A stretch of 32,000 nt of DNA from Candidatus Hermodarchaeota archaeon. Lineage in GTDB: Archaea > Asgardarchaeota > Heimdallarchaeia > Hodarchaeales > Hodarchaeaceae. The position numbers were made by a program, and so were the translations under genes. This document shows positions 26,307-32,000 of this stretch, one piece after another. Below the pieces are notes generated by a model. The model was not told the DNA's origin, searched no databases, and saw only the letters and a list, made by a program, of their open reading frames with translations. The DNA is taken from the NCBI GenBank assembly GCA_048886185.1, contig JBHLKY010000011.1:132762-164761 (forward strand). The letters are read 5' to 3'. The number at the start of each line of letters is the position of its first letter. The first letter of the stretch is position 1.

Positions 26307-27350
26307 TTATGGTTGCATAACAATTTTTCCAAATTGAGAGCCTTCCTCAAGTATTTGATGTGCGGTCTGTACATCTGAAAGAGGAAGAGTCCTATCGACG
26401 ACTGGTTTAAGACGACCCTCCCAAATAAATTTCAAAACTTCCCTTAATTCATTACGAGTACCCATACTTGATCCCAAAATGTCGAATTGACGCCAAAACA
26501 ACAAATTAATGTTTAATCGTGCTTCAAAACCCGTTGTAGCTCCACATGTAACCAATCTACCCCCTTTTCGTAATGACCGTAAGCTCCTCTCAAACGTAGC
26601 TTGTCCTGCAGAGTCCACTACAACATCTACTCCTCGTTTATTGGTATACTGCCAGATAATCTTATGATAATCTGGATTCTCGATATAATTTATCGTGTAA
26701 TCAGCACCGAGTTCTTTTGCTTTCGCAAGCTTCTCATCAGAGGATGAAGTAACGAAAGTTCGTGACCCCATCAACTGTGCAATTTGCAAAGCAGCGAGGG
26801 CTACTCCTCCCCCTATGCCAATAATCAAGACATCCTCACCCAATGATAACCTTGCACGTGTCATTAACATTCTCCAAGCAGTTAAAAAGGTCAAAGGAGC
26901 TGCTGCAGCCTCTATCATTGACAAAGATGCTGATTCAGGGATTGGAATAGCGTTCTCCGCTGGAATGGTAATATATTCAGCATAACCACCTCTTCTATGC
27001 TCTCCAATGATCTGATATTTATTACAGAGGGAAATTTCTCCTGCGCAGCAAAACTCACATATTCTACAACTCAGACCAGGATCGATAACAACTTTTTGTC
27101 CAATTGAGAGGATTGAAGGATTTATTCCTTCCCCAAGTCTTTCAATAACTCCAGAAATATCACTCCCGAGGATATGAGGCATTTCTAGTCTCAATCCAGG
27201 AATCCCTCTTCGAACAAATAGATCCAGATGATTCAATGCCACCGCGTGGACTTTGATTAAGACTTCATTGGTGTTGGGGTCTGAAATAGGAAAATCCTCG
27301 TATTTTAATTTGTTTATTCCCCCAAATTCATGTAATAAAACAGCTTTCAA
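26307..27350 (-). CDS. Zinc-binding medium-chain dehydrogenase/reductase; TTG start
   Basis: ALNHLD, PHILGSDISG, structural Zn site CRICEFCCAGEISLC, GIGGGVA Rossmann motif, GQFGKIV C-terminus. SD AGGAGG upstream. Confidence 0.95.
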   Translation of the reverse strand: MKAVLLHEFGGINKLKYEDFPISDPNTNEVLIKVHAVALNHLDLFVRRGIPGLRLEMPHILGSDISGVIERLGEGINPSILSIGQKVVIDPGLSCRICEFCCAGEISLCNKYQIIGEHRRGGYAEYITIPAENAIPIPESASLSMIEAAAAPLTFLTAWRMLMTRARLSLGEDVLIIGIGGGVALAALQIAQLMGSRTFVTSSSDEKLAKAKELGADYTINYIENPDYHKIIWQYTNKRGVDVVVDSAGQATFERSLRSLRKGGRLVTCGATTGFEARLNINLLFWRQFDILGSSMGTRNELREVLKFIWEGRLKPVVDRTLPLSDVQTAHQILEEGSQFGKIVMQP

Positions 27351-27527
27351 AGAAAATAATCCTCCTTATAAGTCTAGATTCAGATATAACATTATACTTG
27401 AAGTTATTATTTCTCTTTGTTTTATTTTACTTTATTATCCTTATACCCACTTTTTCGAAGATCTAGATTTTAATATGGAAAGTAAACAATTGTTAATTAA
27501 ATCTAATACTCAACGGAATAGGTAAAA

Positions 27528-27800
27528 ATGAATGTACAAATCGATTTACCAAAAGAAATAATCGAATTCTTTGAATCTGCATCTAAATTATTTGATTGGG
27601 GATTTGATTCACCTGAGAATATGCTTAAACATATTTTACTAGAAGGTTTAGAACATAGGCTTGAACATATGGTTGATTCTCAAAATCAAGAACAACATAT
27701 CAAACTCCACAACCTAATTGATGAAGAACGTCTGAAATGCCATCCAGAGGAGATTATTACTCGCTTTCAAGATGAAGAGTCAAAGAAGATCACAGAATAA
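27528..27800 (+). CDS. Small protein with a putative N-terminal ribbon-helix-helix (CopG/Arc-like) motif
   Basis: NVQIDL (strand), PKEIIEFFESASK (helix), G..S turn, PENMLKHILLEGLEHRL (helix). Divergent from the MDR gene. Confidence 0.55.
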   Translation: MNVQIDLPKEIIEFFESASKLFDWGFDSPENMLKHILLEGLEHRLEHMVDSQNQEQHIKLHNLIDEERLKCHPEEIITRFQDEESKKITE

Positions 27801-27862
27801 ACAGCTCATCTCCAAGAATACTTCACACCTAATTTCAACTTTCCAAAAAAGTTGAATCACAG

Positions 27863-30172
27863 TCAAAACACACGGTGACGTCGAACGACAAGTACCATAA
27901 CCATTACGAAGAATAGGATACTACCTAGTTCTAGAAATTCAAAAATAGAAATAAGGGTTATAGAGGCTCCAGATGGACTATTAGTAGTTGAAGATCTTGT
28001 TAGAGAAAAGTTGGAGGTGAGGAGGGTACTTACAATGGTAAAAGCAACGCTAGAAGTGGCATACCAGGACCCCTCAGTGCAGCTAGCGTTGACCTGAATA
28101 AGATACTGAGCTCCATCATCTACAAGGGTGGTATCCCAGAGGAACGACGTCTTGGTAAGATTCGAGACAAGTGTGACCCAATGCAATCCTAGATCTGCAG
28201 AGTACGAGAGGGAATATGTTACCTCATGGTGGAAGAGATCCTCTGCTAACGACCATTGGATCGTAATCAGATCAGATAAACGCTCAGCCCCCTGTGGTGA
28301 GAGGATCGTGAATGGTTGTAAATGGTGGTGGTTGTTAATTGTAAAAGTATCTGAGGTGACAGAATATTTTACCCCAATACTCCAGCTAGTATCAACCCGA
28401 ATAAGATATTGAGAACCATCTTTGACATATGTAGTATCCCAACTATAAGAGGTGGTCTGTAAATCAGATCCCAGAATAACCCATGAGTCCCCATTATCTG
28501 GGGAATAGGAGAGCAAATATGTTACTGAATGACCGAAAATATCTATTGCAGCAGCCCATTCAATAACCACTGACCCATGAAGAACCTCACCGATTATAGG
28601 GGATATCAGAAATGTATAAGAATCACGCCTGTTATCAATCATAATCCGATTCGTGTAAATTGTCTCATCCATTACCCAAGTACCATCTACAGAACTTACT
28701 TCGATTCTGACAAGAACAGATTCAGCCCAACTGATCGTGGTCGTAGTATCCCAGTCATAGAAGAGCTTTTTTATGCCTGTTTTCACAGGATACCATACTT
28801 TCCCATTTGAAGTTGAATATAAGACAGAATATGTGAGATTACGCCCCAATAAATCTATTGCTGAGGTCCATCGGACAGTAACATCACCAGAGCAGGTCTC
28901 ATACCTATTTGGATAAGTAATTTCCCCGAAAAGAAGATGATTGAGGAGAACCCGAGGAGAGAAATCATGATTGTACGCCTTTCCCGCTATCGGATATACA
29001 TGATCAACAATCCCATCTCCATCATAATCGGGACTGCTCCAGTCATCCCAATGGTTTGAGGCAAAATTACTTATACCAGAGAGAACGCTATCGAACGCTT
29101 GAGACCCAATCTCTATATTATTCCCTATAAAGTTATTAATTTGTATAGAATTATATCCATAGTCTTCACCATACCCAATTGCTTCTGGGATATAAATTCC
29201 ATAACCAGTATTATTCGCAATTGTGTTACCTTCTATGTTACCAAATGAAGTGTGAATGAGGTCAATTCCATTGCTAGTATTATTTGCTATGATATTGTAT
29301 TCCAAGGTTGGATATTGAGTAATATTAAGTAGGATTCCCCCGCCAAAATTATAAGTAACGAGATTATCTACTAATTTTAATCCATATATGAAATTAACGC
29401 TATCCCATCTCTGAAACACTCCACTAACGGAAATTCCTCTCTCAGAGTTATTAGAAACAGTGTTATAGGAGAGATTACAGTAACTCGCAGACTTAAGTTG
29501 AATTCCTGTTGCTAGATTGTTAAAAACTGAATTGTTGAAGATGAGATTATGATCAGAATCTAGAAGAGTAATCCCTGACTCATTTGTTTTACTTACTGTG
29601 TTATTGGAGAGATCATTATAATCTGAATTATATAATGAAATTCCTGTTCCTCTGTTATGAGTAATTGTGTTGTTGAAGAGGAGGTTATAATCAGAATTTA
29701 GGAGTGCAATTCCTGGCCCACTCGTATTAACTACTGTGTTACTGGAGAGATAACCATAGCTCACATTATAGAACTGGATTCCTGTATATCCCTTGGATAA
29801 AAAACAATTCCTAATATGAAAATGAACATCAGTATAGCGAATCTCAATCAAAACTCTATCAGAGGGGCCTATAATTGTGAGGCGCTGAATCATGTAGGGA
29901 TTCGCAGAGCTCCCATCCCCAGACCAGTTTCCAGCAGCAGCTTGCGCATGGAAATCACTATTGTTATCAATCCTTATGGGGGAGGTTGATCCATATTGAA
30001 CATTATTTGATAAGATTTTTCTTTGTGAAAATTTTTGTAATGGTTCTACTGAGGTGGAAGGAAGGTTATCGAAAGAATTATCCTTCAATTCCAAATCAGA
30101 ACCTAATGGGATTATCAGCGTTATAAGAAGTAGAGTCATGAACGTTATCTGCTTCAAGATAGGATCTCTCAC
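27863..30172 (-). CDS. Surface protein: NosD/CASH parallel beta-helix plus three Ig/FN3-like repeats and a C-terminal TM; GTG start
   Basis: Signal-like N-terminus and PIRIDNNSDF...WSGDGSSANPYMI lead-in. About ten N-x-x-x-x-N..GI-x-L repeats. Three (Y)SW-DTT..DG.QY.I.V modules, a S/T-rich linker and a TM ending RRHRVF. Confidence 0.9.
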   Translation of the reverse strand: MRDPILKQITFMTLLLITLIIPLGSDLELKDNSFDNLPSTSVEPLQKFSQRKILSNNVQYGSTSPIRIDNNSDFHAQAAAGNWSGDGSSANPYMIQRLTIIGPSDRVLIEIRYTDVHFHIRNCFLSKGYTGIQFYNVSYGYLSSNTVVNTSGPGIALLNSDYNLLFNNTITHNRGTGISLYNSDYNDLSNNTVSKTNESGITLLDSDHNLIFNNSVFNNLATGIQLKSASYCNLSYNTVSNNSERGISVSGVFQRWDSVNFIYGLKLVDNLVTYNFGGGILLNITQYPTLEYNIIANNTSNGIDLIHTSFGNIEGNTIANNTGYGIYIPEAIGYGEDYGYNSIQINNFIGNNIEIGSQAFDSVLSGISNFASNHWDDWSSPDYDGDGIVDHVYPIAGKAYNHDFSPRVLLNHLLFGEITYPNRYETCSGDVTVRWTSAIDLLGRNLTYSVLYSTSNGKVWYPVKTGIKKLFYDWDTTTTISWAESVLVRIEVSSVDGTWVMDETIYTNRIMIDNRRDSYTFLISPIIGEVLHGSVVIEWAAAIDIFGHSVTYLLSYSPDNGDSWVILGSDLQTTSYSWDTTYVKDGSQYLIRVDTSWSIGVKYSVTSDTFTINNHHHLQPFTILSPQGAERLSDLITIQWSLAEDLFHHEVTYSLSYSADLGLHWVTLVSNLTKTSFLWDTTLVDDGAQYLIQVNASCTEGSWYATSSVAFTIVSTLLTSNFSLTRSSTTNSPSGASITLISIFEFLELGSILFFVMVMVLVVRRHRVF

Positions 30173-30412
30173 AGAAAGAAGATAATAATTCTGAGAATTT
30201 AATGTGTAATTTTTCCCTTATTAAGTAAAGCTTCTTTTTATGTAAAAAATTTTTAATTCTTGATTACTAGTATGGGCCTAAAGAGTCAAACAGGAGTCTA
30301 ATAATTACCTGAAAAAGTGATCTTCTTCTTGATCCAAAGAATGAAAGATGAAATATAACATTAAATCACTTCAGATAAATTCTAAATGCACCAAAGAGAA
30401 ACTGGAGAAGGA

Positions 30413-30799
30413 TTAATCTTGAATACCTAACTCCAGAAAGATTTCCTCCAACAGGTAGATCGGTTTCTGAAGTTCCGTAAAAAGATCATACTCCCACCGA
30501 CACCCTGGAGAATCTTCCCAACCAGGAGCCATAATCACCCCTGAAGCACAATTCGTAATAAAATATTCATCAAAGCGAATCCACAGTTCCCATTCTGTTT
30601 TATCAAGTAAGCCCATGCTAACTGCCTCTTTGTGAATCCAATGAGTCATACTAATAGGGGAATAGACAACTAAACCTGCACAAATGAGTTTCGCCGCAAT
30701 CCTGCTAGCTTTCATCACATTCATTTCGATTGTGTCCTCAGAATCGGCTGAATATGGATGAGCTAAATACCACAGCTTGTCACAAAATGAATTAGTCAT
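30413..30799 (-). CDS. DUF1937 / nucleoside 2-deoxyribosyltransferase-like protein
   Basis: WYLAHPYS, VYSPISMTH, W..FD..FI, PGWEDSPGCRWE. SD AGGTG upstream. Confidence 0.85.
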   Translation of the reverse strand: MTNSFCDKLWYLAHPYSADSEDTIEMNVMKASRIAAKLICAGLVVYSPISMTHWIHKEAVSMGLLDKTEWELWIRFDEYFITNCASGVIMAPGWEDSPGCRWEYDLFTELQKPIYLLEEIFLELGIQD

Positions 30800-30939
30800 T
30801 AGTTACACCTTTTTGCACTTTTTTCAGAGAGGAAAAATCTTTTATCCTTACTGGTTTAATTATAAAAAGTTCAACAACCGTAAATACAAAGATCGAAAAA
30901 AATGGTTTTTTTAGATATATAGCTTATGGGGAAATTTTC

Positions 30940-32000
30940 GTGAAACCAGTAGTACCGCTATCTCTCATACTCCTCCTAATGCTGAATTTATTCTTGATTC
31001 CAAGCTCAATTTTAATAGCAGAAGCTCAAAGGCATTCTGCTCCTATTGAAATACCCTCATTTTTAGTGTCAAAAGTCATTAACCCAAAAATATCTTACTA
31101 TGAGCCCCATTCACCAATTAGAATCATAAATAACAGTGATTTTGAAACTCACGCTGCAATAGAAAATTGGTTAGGCAATGGGAGTGAGTTGACTCCGTAT
31201 ATGATTCAAGGAATCGCTATTACAGGCCCCACTGATCAAAACCTTATTGAAATTTGGAACACAACCATTCATTTTCAGATTAGAGATTGTTATTTAACCC
31301 AGGGAGACACGGGAATTTATCTTAGGAACGTGACAAATGGACATCTATTCAACAACACAATCACCAAGAATATTAACAGGGGAATATTTCTTTCTGACTC
31401 AGAGAATAGCATTATCACCAATAATACAGTCACTCATAACAATATAACAGGAATTGAGATTTTTATCACTAATAATATCAAAATTTCAGGTAATATAGTC
31501 AGTAATAACCAGGGAATGGGAGTTGTCCTCTATTACTCACGAAAAAGCATTATACAGGATAATATTATTAGTGACAACAATGAAGAGGGAATATGTCTCT
31601 CAATGCCAGGAGTGAGATATAAAGTAACTGGTAATACGATCATCAACAATAGCAGAGGAATTTATTTAATTAATACTAATTATAATACCATAAATGGAAA
31701 CATCATTGCAAATAATCGGGGAAATGGGATTGAACTATATCGATCCTCGAATACTCGAGTAGCTGGAAATATTGTTGAAAATAATAGTGAATATGGGATT
31801 GCTATCCCTCATGTGGACCTTTGTGGTCAATCCTGCGCTTTTAATACCATTCAGTTCAATAACTTTGTAAGGAATAATCTAGGAGGTGACTCTCAAGCAT
31901 ACGATGCTTCAAGTCCATTGATGTTATACACAAATTTTGAATTTAATTACTGGGGTGAGTGGACCAATCTCACACAGTCCTATTCGATAGCGGGAGAAGC
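30940..32000 (+). CDS. NosD/CASH beta-helix surface protein, paralogue of 27863-30172 (3'-truncated; missed by the ORF track)
   Basis: Manual translation from GTG at 30940 is open to the window end: signal peptide, then HSPIRIINNSDF...WLGNGSELTPYMIQGIAITGPTDQNLIEIWNTTIHFQIRDCYLTQGDTGI...NTIQFNNFVRNNLGGDSQAYD. Confidence 0.92.
   Translation, partial: MKPVVPLSLILLLMLNLFLIPSSILIAEAQRHSAPIEIPSFLVSKVINPKISYYEPHSPIRIINNSDFETHAAIENWLGNGSELTPYMIQGIAITGPTDQNLIEIWNTTIHFQIRDCYLTQGDTGIYLRNVTNGHLFNNTITKNINRGIFLSDSENSIITNNTVTHNNITGIEIFITNNIKISGNIVSNNQGMGVVLYYSRKSIIQDNIISDNNEEGICLSMPGVRYKVTGNTIINNSRGIYLINTNYNTINGNIIANNRGNGIELYRSSNTRVAGNIVENNSEYGIAIPHVDLCGQSCAFNTIQFNNFVRNNLGGDSQAYDASSPLMLYTNFEFNYWGEWTNLTQSYSIAGE

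Noticed and set aside
3634-28810. Other short track ORFs (e.g. 3634, 4044, 7312, 8237, 12511, 13537, 13911, 14869, 18012, 21677, 23334, 25666, 27253, 28128, 28577)
   Set aside because: They overlap well-supported longer genes or promoters, mostly antisense, and have no recognisable motifs.
28040-28900. Three similar DNA segments in the NosD-type gene as a possible DGR template/variable repeat pair
   Set aside because: They are in-frame domain repeats that differ at all four bases rather than only adenines, and there is no reverse transcriptase in the window.

Overview
AT-rich archaeal window, most likely from an Asgard archaeon (Heimdallarchaeia/Hodarchaeales-like). That assignment is an inference from two longin-type proteins, a multi-PAS/DUF835/wHTH protein, and large single-pass surface proteins with NosD or Ig-like repeats. 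There are about 24 coding regions, mostly accessory or metabolic: two MFS transporters, an alpha/beta hydrolase, a PI-PLC-fold protein, a GyrI-like protein, an orphan Zn-ribbon DNA methyltransferase, a divergent TFB-like protein, a half-size HPPD-like VOC protein, an amidohydrolase, a histidine phosphatase, an ASST-like propeller, a MetZ-like PLP enzyme, a Zn-dependent MDR dehydrogenase and DUF1937. I found no rRNA, tRNA, CRISPR array, integrase or transposase. The most unusual signal is non-coding, at about 1200-1620. A GC-rich 12-bp inverted repeat (1400-1448) sits where the strand A/T skew flips sharply. It is flanked by short direct repeats, a G-string with a half-ORB-like motif and further palindromes. 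The flip is mirrored in third-codon-position usage of the neighbouring minus-strand ORFs. This is a candidate replication origin with no cdc6/orc1 gene in the window. All family assignments are by motif recognition only; no database searches were run.
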